NCBI GenBank assembly: GCA_036172245.1 | Contig: JAYWIR010000023.1 | Span: forward strand, 496,001-560,000 | DNA length: 64,000 bases | Reading direction: 5' to 3' | Origin: Raillietiella orientalis | Lineage: Eukaryota | Part shown: one piece after another, positions 12,900 to 26,779 of the stretch | Layout: each line of letters starts with the position of its first letter | Numbering within the stretch: the stretch's first letter is position 1 | Program-made: the position numbers and the translations under genes | The notes under the pieces: model-generated | Database searches by the model: none | Told to the model about the DNA's origin: nothing | What the model saw: only the letters and a program-made list of their open reading frames with translations

Positions 12900-14200
12900 A
12901 CTGGGAGGCCGGATGCGGCCAGATACGCGCACCGTGGTGGCGGACGTGCCCCTGCGACTTGCCCCTCATTCACCGTAATCGCGGGCCGTGTTCCCTGTGC
13001 TGTGCTGCTTCGGACTGCACGTCGCAGGTCCGTTCCTTGTAAGCATCTGCGCGCCTCGAAGGGACTTCCGTGGAGAACATAGGAACCTGGTCCGTTGCCA
13101 AAGCTGTCACGTCGCCACGGAAACGAGCCGACCTCTTTGTTCTTCCTCTCGGGTTTCCCGAGAGATTTTTCGTCGAGGTAGAACGTCGAACTCCACGAGC
13201 GCTCTCCCTTTGCTCGCAGCCCACCCTTGCGGGGGGAGCGAGGAAGGCTCGCTGCCCCTTTGTGGGTCTGAGGGAGGAATCCGGAAGTCGTCTCCAACTG
13301 TGTGACCAGGCGGAGCGTCACCGCTTGCCCTTCTCGTCGCCTCTTCCGCGAAAGGTCGCAGAGAGGAGGCAGGTCCGTAGCTGGGTGGGCGCGTTTCGAC
13401 TCGCTTCCGAGCTGTCCCATCCCCAAAAGGCCGCTGCTCGGAAGGTGGGTACAGGACTGCAGAAGCGGACTGTCTGATGCTCAGGGCAGGTCGTCCGTCA
13501 TCTAATACTGTCTCTTTCCGCTTTGGCGACGGCGCACCATATGGCCAATAATGAGCTCCGTCAAAGAGTCCTCTTTCCATGCAGGTTTCCCTCTTCCCTT
13601 CCTCTTCCGCCATGCTCCGCGAACTGATCTCGCTTGGAAGCCACGGTATCTCCGACATCCAATGCTGATGCCCAGCTGAGGTACCACTCTCTGACGATCA
13701 AAGTTCGCATTGGGGGCACCTTTTTTAGGGACCCTCGCGCATCCTCCAAAACAGGGATGCCAGATGCCGCGGTATCCGTCTCGGATCCGGCTGCCCTATC
13801 CACACTGCTCTGCCTGCTTGGCTGCGGTGCGGGGCGAAAGAAGACATCAGGAGAGGTTCAGGTTCTCAGAAGTGGACCCAGTATTTCGTAGTCGCCTTCT
13901 CGCGGCAGCGCTCACAGGGAGATGGAACGCGAGCTGCACGTCGCCGACAACCTCTCGCTGCTGTCAGAGATTTTTTCTCCACTCACTGTTTGCTCACTCG
14001 GGTTGCACATGTTCGGCAGAACGCTCATGGACGCCCACCGCTAGCCGGATCCTTGCCAGACGTTGCTGGGATCCCCCTTTGAGAGAAGGTCTTCTTATGT
14101 CTCCAAGGAGTCCCGGATCAGCCGGCACACACCCACGTTTCCTTGCTCCCTTCAGCATCACAGCAGAGAGGTTGTGAGCGAGCGCACCGCCTACCACACC
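12900..14200 (-). pseudogene. Possible decayed ankyrin-repeat gene relic
   Basis: Across shifting frames: KKGAPNANFDRQ.., LTELIIGH/GAP..DDGRPALSI, GSFPWRRDSFGNGP, LQGTD../HSTGNTARDYG, resembling the ankyrin consensus LLxxGAxxNxxDxxGxTALHxA. No intact ORF; the GC-rich coding-like sequence continues down to ~10800 but is unrecognised. Confidence 0.3.
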
Positions 14201-14357
14201 CAGAAACCAAACAGGGATGTCCGAACGGACTCCGGGTGCATCTGACCCGCGGTCTTGCCGCAGGAAGGGAGGACCGCCACGTGACAGCCTGGGGTTCGGT
14301 TCGAGGTTTCGAACGATCCAAATCCTGAAGGTCGAAATCTCAAAAGCTCACGAAAAA

Positions 14358-14915
14358 CAAATATGTATATTAGTATATATCATAAAGATTTTTAAAAATA
14401 GATATATATGCTTGTTATGTATATTAGTATATCTATCCTGAAAATAGCATCCATCAGTTATTATATCCATCCATCAGCATTATATCCATGTTAAGGAAGT
14501 TTCATTTATGGAGTGTTGGAAATGACAGGAAAATGAAATTGCAGAATTTCCTTTTTGTTCCTTAATTTGTTTGCTTTTTATCTTTTTCCAGTATTTTTAA
14601 TTGTCACCGTTATTTTTTATTTGTTATAAGTCCACACACGGACAGACACATATACATATATTCATATCTATTTATAAGTCGATATACATATATGTATACA
14701 TATCGACTTTTAAAAAAAATAAATGTCTATCTATATATATGTATATACAAGCATATTAATAATTATAAAATGTGATTGTATGTATAGATATTTGTATACA
14801 ATCATATTAATAACATGTGCATCAATAAATATAAACAAAATAAATATGTATGTTAAATAAATAAATTTGCATACTAACCTATATACAAATATATATTAAT
14901 ATACATGTATATTTG
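14358..14915. repeat. AT-rich low-complexity spacer with (AT)n tracts, an imperfect palindrome (14676-14709) and a short tandem duplication (atccatcag..ttatatccat x2, ~14450-14490)
   Basis: Read directly. Confidence 0.8.
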
Positions 14916-17040
14916 ATCTTTCGAGGTCTCGTGGTTCGGGATTTTCATTGGCTCAGGATTGCACGTGATCTCGAACGGCCGTAGCATCCGCTCGCACGAC
15001 GAACGTCGACCAGGGTTGCCCTGGGCTACGCGGGACGTGCGGCTGGCGGAAGCGTTGCCTACGTGCTCGATCGTATCCCAAGGGAACGTGCACCGCGTGG
15101 AGAGACGGGTCGCCTTCCCGACGCGGGAGACTGCACTTCTCATGGCAGTTCCCGATTCTTGGTGAGAAAATCTTCCCGGGTGAAGCGCGTTTCCTCTCTT
15201 ATCTGGAGCGCAATACCAAAAAGTGCGATCCCGACAGATACGCTTTTCTTCGACTAAGGACAGAAAAGTCCTCAGAACGGAATCGTGGTGGCTCTCAGCA
15301 CTGGTCATTTCGAGCAGGTGAACAGGCTGACCACAAGCGGGATGTGTCGTAGGCGGTGCCCGAGGAAAGTATCCTGCAAGCTTATTCAAATAAAAATCAT
15401 TCTTCCCCTCTGCTAACGTCAGAGTCTCTCCAGAAGTTCCAGATATGTCACTTGTGTGATGAACGAGTCAGATTGACTACCGCGGCCGTTAACTCGACAT
15501 TCGAGAAGATTACTCGAGGAACACTCAGCTTCTACAAGTTCGGTGGGGAAGATAAAAATTTTAAGCACCTGCGGCCACGTGATGAAGGGAGCAACCAAAT
15601 CGTTCACTGATCTGTTCTCTCAAGAAATGCACCGAGTTGATAGCACTGAGGTGCCTACCTATCCCTCCTATCGCTCGTGACCCCACTTTCCGAAGATGAG
15701 GTATTTGAAATCCTCAAGAAATGCGGGGCGATACACACCACACGCTCCCAACTGTGTCCCATGCAATGCAAATGATGCAAATTTCCGTTTTCTGGAGAAT
15801 GATTGGATTTCCAAGTTGCAGGCAGAGTTCCGAAAGGCATCCAGAAATGCAATCTCCTTCTGGAGGAGAGATGCCCCAGAGTTGCATCCACAGAATACGA
15901 CTGACCACCCACGAAAATAGGATTCAACAGTAAATACGTTGAAGGGAGATCGAGTTTATGAATGATCTTCCAGAAAACGGGGACAGACGGTGAAAAAAAT
16001 ACATCTACCAAGACCTGTGTGAAAGCAGACCTGCACTGCCGAATCCTCTTCTTCCACTCACGGCAGAAGATATCGAACTATCTTTGTCTCTACTTAGATG
16101 AAGCACGAGAGTCTCTTTTAGGGAACCATTTCAAACTCGTAGAGGTTACGTTGTGGAATGCCAACGTAAGGAGCTCTTCGGGAAGTGAAGCCTTCAACTC
16201 GAATCGCTTTCTCTTCAGAATCATACGAGACAGATCGCAATTTTTTTTTTTTTACAAGAAAAGTGGAGTTTCGTGATAATCCTACTGCTTCAGAGATCAT
16301 GATGGAGTATACCTCAAAGTGGAATAGCATTCTTCTTTCCAATGCTGGTTGCGTCGTTATCCCTCTATTCTGAAAAAGAAAAAAAAAATGCTTCCAGGAC
16401 TTCGTTGACTACAACAGGAGCTGCAGAAGTTTTTCAGGACTTTTAGAATATTCCAAAAGTTCGTCAAAGTGAGTTACCCCACTCCATTGCTCCTTTCTTC
16501 CTAATGAGGTGTGACCGGAATTCTTAATGAGCTCGTCTTCAGAGATCCCATTTCCACCACAGGATGGACAATTATAAAAAGCGTTACCGCAATCCTTCCG
16601 GAACTGGCTCATTCCATCCAAAAGTCTGCGTTTCCTCAGAGAATTCCTTAGGAAGACTTTTTTGTTCTTTTGTTGTCTCATCTACAAAGGATGCTGTCAA
16701 TGTGCTCAAGCCACAAGCTGTCGATTAGTATGCATCCAAGGATATCCCAAAGCTCATAAACCACTGGAGGAATCCTAGCGGTTCGTGAATAAAAGCTGAA
16801 AGGAAATCTCTACACCTGCGAAATTAATCTTTTTCACGAAATACAGACGAGAAATCCATATTAATATGTGAAATAGGAAACCCAACATTCCAGAACCGCA
16901 AACCATATTACATCCTCATCAATACGAACCGATGAGTTTGTGGTTCCTCGACAAGAGTAGCATAAGACACTCCCCTCCGCCATATGCTCCTCAGCATTAT
17001 CCCATCCTACACATTTGGAACATCACACGTCTCTCTGTCT

Positions 17041-17409
17041 CAGTGCTTTCCAAACTTATTTGGCCTACCGCCCCTTTTTCAGATAAAAACTTACTCAGCG
17101 CCCCCCCTGGATCGTTCCAGCGCCCACCAGGGGGCGGTATCGCCCACTTGGCAGACTTGCATTTTGTGTGTTTATTTGGGAAACAAAGTACCAAATCACT
17201 ACGACTTCCCACGTTACACAGCAGATGAGACTTGTGCGAACGGTTTTTTAAAAATCTTCTCATCATCTCCCCTTTCTTTATTCTTTCACTGCTCCCCTCC
17301 CCCTATTTTTATTCAGTGCCCCCTAATTGCACGCGAGGCCACTGTCGCCCCCCCTGAATCGTTCCAGCCCCCACCAGGGGGGTGGTATCGCCCACTTTGG
17401 GAGGCACTG
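17041..17409. mobile_element. Non-autonomous hAT (Charlie-like) DNA transposon / MITE, 369 bp
   Basis: TIRs CAGTGCTTTCCAAA (17041) and TTTGGGAGGCACTG (ends 17409); 8-bp TSD ctctgtct / ccctgtct (1 mismatch). An 8-bp TSD with CAG termini is characteristic of hAT. Confidence 0.8.
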
Positions 17410-17949
17410 CCCTGTCTGCATTTTTAACCCATGACCCCGGAAACAACCACTGTCCTTTCATGCATGATTGAGACATTCATCCAATAAAGTTCACAAGATA
17501 CCATTCGAGATACACAAAGCACTGCAGCGAATTGATTATCTTCCTTTCAGCCTCACATCTTCCATACCCTCAAGAAGCGTACACAAACCTTGGAACAAGT
17601 CGTTGAACACCGTTTACACCTTTTTTTTTTTTATTTTCCTTAACATCTTTAAAAAAGGGATGTGGGAGATCCTTCCCTATGACCAACCTGATTTCTTGCC
17701 TGCCAGCTTTGCAAAGCCCAAGTCCTTGGTTGTATTTGTACGTCAATCTCATTACTACTCGTGCGTCGTATTCCAATTTGCTCTTTGTCAACTCAACACT
17801 TACCAAGCAATCGAATTGTCCTTATTTTTCCGTTGACGGATTCCAAAAGTTCCCCAATCAAGAAAATGATCCCCCCTTCTTGACCTTTCGAAATGATGCA
17901 TCGTTACTATCACTTGAATTGAATCTTACAGGGAAATTAAGGATCCTGA

Positions 17950-20500
17950 AATTATGGTGCTGGAAATCATAGTGTCTTCGTTCTCCTTGGTTCTGCCGAC
18001 AGATGTTTATTCTTGCACAGCCTACATAGAATTCTCAAAGAGTGCAAACGGACAACTTGTCAGCTTGAACTCTACATAAAAGTCTGTTTATGAGACGCTA
18101 AGCACGTTTATCCCTGGAACACATCATCCACTTCTGTTCATTCTACCCGCTGTGAAGGCTCTTTTTCCTCCGCGCCCCCCAGAAAAGCCTTCCTCGTTTT
18201 GCCAGCTTTCCTCCACTGGTGTTCTACTCCTCTTCTTTAATGCTCCTCTCTCCCTATTCAAGCAACTGGGAGTTTCCTCCGTGAACCATTTAACGAGTGA
18301 GATCCGTGAAACCCACGTCTACTTCCTGCCACGTGCTTCCACTATTCGATTTACTCTTTTTAACCCAAGTGCTGTGGAGTTTCGTGTTTGTTCTTCTTCA
18401 AAGTACAATTTAGGAAAGAACAGTCAATTTGAGAAGATGCCGATTCCTTGATGATCAGTACTTTGATATTGGAGAACGAAAAAAATTCTATTTTCTCTCT
18501 CTTTTTTTTACTTTTGGAAACGAGTCTCCCTCAAAAAAGGCGAATTCTCCAAATGTCATCTTTTATATCTGTTTTTTTTTTTCCATGCTACTCCACCTAG
18601 CCCCGCAGTCTGTGGTAAAATAAGAACTGGTCTCTGTGTCAAAGTTGTACAGATGTAATCCATCCAAGAGGAATACCTTCTTCTTAGTGCTGCTCTGGTA
18701 AGTGAACCCTCTGCTTTAGCTTCCGGGTCAGCCAAATTCTTCGTATCAACACCAAGCAGTACTTCTGATGCTTTCTCTCGTCATTTTCTATTCGAATTAT
18801 TCTAAACCTGAATTTAGGAGCAAGTTGAACTGAATTTGTGACGCATGTGTTCCCAGCGAAGATTCCTCCTTGCCGTGCTTCTACAGAAAGCAGTTCACCT
18901 TTGTTTTTGTTATTTACCATTATACGTCACAAGGAAGAAACCCCTCTTGCGAAACGAAGGATTCAGAGCATACATCAGATGCTGAGGTTCATGTTTCTGT
19001 TTTCCGTGGTTTCAAGAGGTTTCTGATGGAATGGGTTGCCATTCCTTCTCATGGCTTTCCACGCTCATTTTTGCAAGTGCTCATAATCATCTTGAGCGAA
19101 AGAATGTTCAAACTTTTCCTTTAGACGCTCGTAATCGTGTTAATACCAGGCATCGGATAAGTATTTTCGGATAAGCAGTGTACAATTAAGGTGTGTGCTG
19201 AGAACCCAGATGCAATGAAAAACTCGCTTTCAAACTAAATCACACACAGCAATGCAGTGCTGTGGTATAATCATTCGTGCTCTTTCCAGCATTTTCGCGG
19301 GGCGCTGAACATGAAAACGTTTTCCCTTTTCTCCCTTGATTTATCTACCATGAAACACGCTCAATGAAATTTTCTAAAAGTATTTATCACTATTCCCATG
19401 AGCAGCCCCACGAGTAGCACTGATTTTCATGATATATGGTCCACATGGCTCATTCTCGGCTCAATTGATTAGCAGAGTAGCGTTCGGTAAGATTTTAACT
19501 TCCAAAGAAGCATCACTGCGTTGCCAGGGACAGATGGAATTTTTTATCCAATCGCCTCCTAAACATGTTTAAGTATTTCGCTTTCGAACTCGGGATGTCT
19601 GCCTGTAATTGATACTCCGTTTCAGAATGGAAATCGGAACGTGTTTCTCTCTTCCTTCCGTGCAAACCAGCTAGCGTTTTCTTCACGAAGATACCGATTC
19701 CTCCGATTCATTCATTAATTTTTGAATTAACGACGATTGCACTTCCTTCACCTTTCGCTTCGCTTCAAGTCCACTTCAATCCTTCAGTTCATCCTTCTTG
19801 GAAGACTCACTTCAGGTCCTGAAAGGCTGGATTTTTGTCTTCCAGAATTTAGCAACAGTTCTTGCCATCAGCAAGTTGCGATGAATGGTCCGCAGGTATC
19901 CTTCCTTTCCACTCGACAAGACTTGATTCCACTCTTCGTGATTTCCGTGTTCCTTTCACCCGTTAAATCGTGAAGAGCTGTTCCTTCAGCCATCCTAGTC
20001 ATTTCCTCCCATTCTACCTGTCTGGCAGTGACCTGCTGCCCGGTTTCTTGGCTGGATTTAATACTCCTTACCCCCGAAATCAGTGAAACCATGTAACCCC
20101 TTGGTTCTCTACAGCTGTTGTCGGTCTCACCAAGAAGTGCTCGCATTCCTTATGCCTCTCCATTCTCATCACGACTCCGTCGTTTTTTCTTTTTCTTGTA
20201 TCAGCCTTCCTTCATCTCTCCGATTTCCTCACGGATGACAACTGCCGCTGTATTCTCGGGAATCTCTTCTTTTCCTAGTTGCATGCTTTTTGATTCCACT
20301 CCAAGCTCAAGTGCATTCCTCCTCAAGGAGCCACAACTTGCCCTACACAAACTTTGCCATGCCCCTTTCCCATGTTTTATTAACAGTCCACACCAACACC
20401 AACAGTCCACACGTTTAGAGAATCCTTTAGATTAACTGCTAGGAATGTAAGAGTGCGACCACGTTTCCACTATTACATCGAGTATCCTCAACCAGAAAGT
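17950..20500 (-). mobile_element. Decayed LINE (possibly RTE-like)
   Basis: VNNKNKGELLSVEARQGGIF (ORF 18684..18920) resembles the RT 'VRQG' motif; purine-rich coding-like minus strand on both sides. Clade and limits uncertain. Confidence 0.3.
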
Positions 20501-23500
20501 TCCGTTTATTAACCGATTGTGATTGAATTGCTTTTTTTCACTCGTTTGCCTACCGAGGCTATGCTCTGCAGCCCAAATGTGGATTTTATTTGTGAGGTGC
20601 ATTCTCTTCATGTGTGAAAGAGGCGCATAAGCTGAACGAAACCATTAGGGTGATTACAAAGACGTGGTATTTCTGTCTTGCGGACGCCAATTCCTCTTAA
20701 GGACTCACATTCACTGAGCATCGAGTGCAGTGCGTTTCTTTATTCCAATTTTACGGTCGCAGTCCTCATCCTGGGAATCTGCCCGAAATCTATCGTTTGA
20801 AAAGTCTCATGCATTCGGATTAGTCTCCAATGGGTTGTGAATACCAGCACCGTACACAAATAACCATGGCTTTCTTTCACGGAATTCGTTGCTCGGGAGC
20901 CCCGAAAGTCGATATTTCCAGAAAACATGCAGAGGCATGGCTGTTTCGAGGGGTCGTTACTTCATGTGCTTCCTATGGTCACCCTCTCGAAAGAGCACGC
21001 TCGAGCCAATATCCGTAAACCCTTGCATGAGGACTCTTAACAGATGCTTACTTAATGTTGAGATCGAGACGATCCTTTGAGTGAACGGAAATCGAATTTT
21101 CCCAGATGTGAGCGAAATTAGTTGGCGCCGTCGCCACAAAATCCATTCCAGATACAATCATGAGATTGTCCCATCCTAACGCCAAGAGAACTAACGAACA
21201 CAATAGTTGTTTCCTTGAACTCTCATGCCGTTCGTTCCCTTTGATTCGTTCCCGTTCAGTGCATGAATCCAGCAAACCTCGAAAACTGAATATGGAAAAG
21301 TAGAGAAATGCGAATAAGATGTCGAAGACTCCCTCTGCAACTGTCTACAAAAGCTGGTCACCTTGTCAACTTTGACGTGAACGCTCAGAGAGTCTGATAT
21401 GGTCCATTATGATCAGCAATCCTCCTCCTTTATCACGACGACTTCAGAACTTTATCGGAGAAACCTGCTGTCCCGTCTTTCAAAAAGAGATGCGATTCGA
21501 ATCACAGTGCGTTCCGTCCATTTCATATTTTTTTTTTCTGCGTGTTTACTGTACGCAAGGAAGCCACATTCTAGGAACATGGGTTTCTGGAATCACTCTG
21601 AGTTCTTGAACTCATTGATTTAGAGTTATCCCGCAAATGGGAGCGCATTCCTTCCAGGAATGCATGGAGAACAATTTAAACACTTGTTCTCCTTCTACCC
21701 AGTGATTTAGGCAGGAAGATCCGACTTAGAGATTAGATTTAATCCAAGAAAACCTGCTGGAGTGCGTGATTTATGAGAACTTCACGACGTTTCCTGAATT
21801 CAAGAACACGAAGTTCACTCTGCACCCAAAAAAACAACTTTCGATTTTGGTACTTCAGCATGCTTCCATAGATAGCCAAGTGAATTTCTGGACCCAAATC
21901 CTCCAGGAAGGTTCTTTAGGAATTCGGCGGGACAAAACACCCCGGTAGATCAACTTTAAGGTAGGAATGTTGGCCCGCGACGTTGCGAGTTTACACGCGA
22001 AGTTCATTCCAACGGAAAAAAAAATATCCCAGGCGACTGAGCTTTGAAGTAACACGCCTTTGCAGCTGCACAGATCGAGGATGCGAATTCTGAGATAAAG
22101 CTATAAGATTGACTTCAGGTCACAGTGCTGCACTCCTGGTGTGAATCTGTAAGCAGGCACGCGGAGCATTGAATTAACGCGCTTTACACAGGTGATGACG
22201 AAAATCTTTAATAATCGAATCTACTTGTTTTACTCGTGAATCCCGGATCACTCCAAGATCTTGTCCACGTTTAAAGGATGTGCCGAAGAACATGTCTTCA
22301 AGGGAAGGAAAACATGCGGAGCCGGTGAGTATCGAGCAAGTGCGACCATTTTTTGCATGGCGGGTTCTTCTAGAAAATAACGCAAATGATCTTAATTGAT
22401 GGCTTCCCTGCTTGTTTTCTTGGAATCCAACAGCCTGCTAAAATCACGCCGATCTCGATTATGGATTTTAGTTTCCCTCTTCGGGGATCTTTCACAGACA
22501 AGCAGAATGGTGGGCTCTCTCCGAAGAGACTTCCTGGTCGAAAGAGGCGGGAATCACTTTCGGCCCTTGGAGTGCACGTAACACGAAAGCGTGATGTTCC
22601 AGCAAGTACAACTTTATCATTGAGTTGGTTGGATTTTTGCTGCTCACACTGAGCTTGCCGTAACACAAATTTCTGGCCGGACAAAGGAACGGAGCAGGAG
22701 AAAGAAACAAAAGCAAGCATTTGAAATACACGATCGTGTCTTGCTAAGCGACAGTTTCCATTCATCCATTCCATTCATGGACGTTGGTGTTCAAGCATGC
22801 ATTTACGAAACGATTACTTTTATTGACCGGTGGTACTGCTTTCATCTCCAACGCTGCACCCTTCAGCCTTTTGTTTTCTGGGAAACGGAACGGTATCTTA
22901 CAGTAAAGGGCATTGATCGCTCGCGGGTACATTGCTGACGAAGTTCTTGGCAGCTACAAAATTTTCCCATCTACATGGGAGGCCTTTTCTTGATACGTGA
23001 AGTCTCAACCCTATACGGCGTATTTATAAAATCTGCTTTCCTCTATCCTCTTCACTGTAGCAAAACATCTTCCACCTACCTAGACTTTTCAAACTGATGC
23101 GACGCATGGAGTTCCCCATGGCTTCCGAGCCGACAGTTGAAGGTCTTTTCTCCACTGCTTTGATATCTTTGCAAGAGCAGGGCTGTAGGGTGTGTAGGCT
23201 CTGGGATTTGAGTTTTCCTCGAGACTAACGCAAACCTTGCATTACGATGTACAGAGTCCAAAGTTTACAACTATCGTGTGAGTCTTAGGCGTTGATGTCC
23301 GTGACCTTGTGGGCACTCATCTGTGGATGATGCAAGATCGTTCCAATCTAATTATCAAAGTTCTTTCGGAGATGTTAGGAACAAAGAATACCTTTCCAGG
23401 ATGCGTATGAGAAACAGTAAGTAATAATAGGTGAATATCAATGTCGATTTCGAAGGGCGATTCTCATGAGTTATTACATGGATATCTTCCTAATGCCTCT

Positions 23501-26500
23501 TCTAGGTGCTTGACAATTAAGAAATCATCCAGAAATCATGTATGAGCATTTTCCCTTGGAAATGTCCAGCTTCCTGCTCTTTAATCGGTCCTTTGGACGC
23601 ATTCTTTGAGTACTAGATTCGGAAGAGACCTTTGGAAAAAACTTCTCCATCAGTATATGCAATTTTTTTGGTACAACAGGGAATCGCGAATGCCTTCAGA
23701 TGCTCGACGATCTATGCAAGAAAGCTGGACTTTTTATCAACTCCAGCAAGTGTGCGTAGTCCGACTCCCGAGTAACGGCACCAAGAGTCAGAAAAATAAG
23801 CTTTAGGGTTGGTAAACAGGACATCATAACCCTTGTGTCAAAGCAAGCGTACCGATATCAAGGAAAACTGCTTGAAGTCTGGGCATATTCACATTGGAAT
23901 TCACCGAACTTCAGAGGCCAAGGCAGTTGGCATAATGAATTGCGGACTGCTTCCCCGGAAAAAGTGGATGCCATGAAACTTTCCTTTTTCCCAGCCCTCC
24001 TTTGGACCAAGTGAAGGGGGGGAGGGGAGGGCAGAGTCTTTTCTTGGTCAGATACTTTACAATGAAAGAATGCCATGCTCCCTCGCTCTCAATCTTTCAC
24101 TAACTGTTCATACTTTTCCTCATGTGTTCATCAAAAGTTGCATCTTCAAATGTGATCTCCAGCACATTTTCTTCAAAAGACCACGTTATCAGGGTAAGAC
24201 GCTTGTCTGCCAATCGCCTTATAAGTGTTCCTTCCATGTTTTCTCGCACGAATGGTCCCGAATCCCTTCATCTTTCTGTGGAGTCTGCAATCTCCTTTAT
24301 CACCTAAGGTAGCGTTCTTCGGGACAAATCCTGTATAGCTAGACCTGGTGAGGTTGAGTTTAAAGCCACCATCTACTGCGAAGTTGTCGGTCCTGTTCGA
24401 TAAATGAGGCGATTCCCCTGAAATCATTGGCATACACAGGGGTTTACCTCTTTGTCTGGTACATTTAGTTACTTGGTGAGTTGCCTTCCGCAGTTCGAGA
24501 ACACCTTGAGTGCTTCCTTGAGTGTTCCTGGGACTAGCAACGTGCGTGTTTGGAAATGTTCAGGAAAGCACATTCAAAGAAAATTTTTTTTTGCATTTAA
24601 TTCTATGTCGAATGGGACCAAATCTTTTTGTGTTCCAACTGAGTATGTACCACAGTTCATCGATAAGATTTCTAGTTTCCATGTATTGGGAATAACAAAA
24701 TTCTTGGAATGATCTGTTCCTAGTAAAATGACTTGAAGCAATGAAATTGATGAGGATGTGAATATCCAGAATTGAAACAGTTCCGCTTTCTTAGTAAATA
24801 TTGTTTTGAATCTTTATACTATTTTCCTTTTCCTCGAGACCACCATCGTTTAGCTACTTCCAAGCCACTCAAATATTGAATCCGTGGGTATAGATAGAAC
24901 CGTGTTTTAATATATGATCTAGATTAAATCCATATCGGTGATTTCACTCAATATCATTTCAATAGTATCTTTTGTATCATGCTTTTTACGAAATCAGCAA
25001 AGAAAATCTCAGAACAGTGTAAGTGTAACTGTCCTTATTATTAGAAGTACCATGCAATGATTAAAGTGGTACCTGGTTCACTAAACTTCAGCTGCATAGA
25101 AATGATAAAACAATAAAGACAAACATTATCAAAAGTCACGGATTAAGAGTCCAGTCATTTGACTTGACATTGACAACAGATTAAAGAGAGATCTCTCTTC
25201 CTTGAAATCAATAATAAAGAGAATGTGTACTGTAAGTGAATAATAAATACCTCAACAGATGAGCATCTCTGGTCCAGATTTGAATCATTGCAACTTTATC
25301 AGGAGCTTCTTTTTTGGTTTTCTGAAGACACAGACAGCTGTGTTTGGAACACTACTAATGGGTCTTGAGGTAAATTATTCAAAGAGATCTTCATAGCTAA
25401 ACTGATACTTTTTGCATTGTTGATTCCTGGATAGCCTGTAACATTCCAATATATGGCAGAAATTATATGTAACTTCTAGGAACTGAAGGCTTTCAACAAC
25501 TGTTTGTAAAGCCATTATTGCATATTCGATTGCAAACAGACAGCTTTGCACTGATAGTTTTGTTAAATGTCTGTTCCAGTATGCATGTACGCATTCTAAT
25601 TTTTAAAAATGTGCGATTTTGAACTCATGATATGAACAAAGTTTTATGAGCATGTTTGGTATTTAATTCGCTTTACATTTTTTTTTTTGGACCTGGAACA
25701 ACTAAATAGCATTTCATGGTTTCAACAATAATAGATTTTTTATTTTTTTTTCATGCTTTCTGATACTTTATGATATAAGAACTTTCTTGTAGTATTTGAT
25801 TAGGATTCACTTAGGAAAGCCAAGAAACATTGGGTATAGAATTTCAAGTATTCGAAATTCATTCCATTTTAGTCTGCATGAGAATAAAAACTTGTGCAGC
25901 AGCTTTACAGCAAGGATTTTTGGATTACTTTAATTTTATTAATTGTAATTTGTATTACTTGAGTGAACAGGCCAGGAATTTATGGTGAAACAAGCGCTCT
26001 TTGCAAATCATGGAACAGAAAATGGAACCTCCGAATATCTGCTACCGAATATCATTTCAATTATAAATAATTGTAAAACAAACAGACTTGCATGGAACTT
26101 TTTCATATCTGAATTTATTTATAAATGTATGTATTCTGTTCAGGATACAAAAGGAACTAAAATATATGAATACTTTATTTTTTCTCTGATAATACTTTAT
26201 AACATAATTCATCTTTAGATTACATAATTTTGCACACATAAGCATCAAATAATTATCTAAAAGTAAAATTCAGGGTACTAGCTTTAGGTACTAAGAGGAG
26301 GAGAATGAACAAAGAAGAGGATACACATAATAAATATTGCATAAGATCGTAAAATAACAGCAGAGATACAGATAGGAAACAAAAAAAGGTGAGGAACTTG
26401 CATTTCTGAAAGACATTAGTATCTATCACCAACCAACCTGTTTTGTTAGAGGCAAAGGAAAGTAGTCAAGACTGCACATTTCCCTGAAATATAGCTGTCG

Positions 26501-26517
26501 ACATCAATTTATCTTAA

Positions 26518-26757
26518 TCAATCAAATCCGAAGTTTGGCAATGAACAGAGTTCCTTCAACTTGCCTTCTGGTTTTTGTTGCAAATGTTCCTCAATGAACT
26601 GACACATGCAACGAGAATTCTTCATGTGTCTTTCAGGAAGTGGACGGAAGGTAACATCGTTCCTTGTCATAGGAACATGCAGATCAAGTGCTTTTTTTAA
26701 AGTCAATTTTGTCCATCGTTGTGAATAACGAAGCAACAAAAGAGCTGCGCGCTCTCT
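26518..26757 (-). CDS. TMEM268: Alternative terminal coding exon B of TMEM268-like (paralogue of exon 27061-26780)
   Basis: Phase-0 acceptor tttctttcag at 26758; open frame RERAALLLLRYSQRWTK...RHMKNSRCMCQFIEEHL...FD*, homologous to exon A. Confidence 0.8.
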   Translation of the reverse strand, partial: RERAALLLLRYSQRWTKLTLKKALDLHVPMTRNDVTFRPLPERHMKNSRCMCQFIEEHLQQKPEGKLKELCSLPNFGFD

Positions 26758-26779
26758 CTGAAAGAAATATATCCTTAAA

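Noticed and set aside
1..24700. Dozens of 60-220 aa ORFs in the ORF track
   Set aside because: They overlap on both strands with no coherent protein; best explained as GC-rich decayed TE or pseudogene sequence.
20600..24700. Further probable LINE debris (also ~43000-44500 and ~51200-54600)
   Set aside because: Only vague RT-like words; family and limits cannot be supported, so not listed as features.
25070..25440. Minus-strand intron-like segment (25250-25201) and acceptors downstream of TMEM268
   Set aside because: No frame stays open across the putative exons; at most UTR or lncRNA splicing, unsupported.
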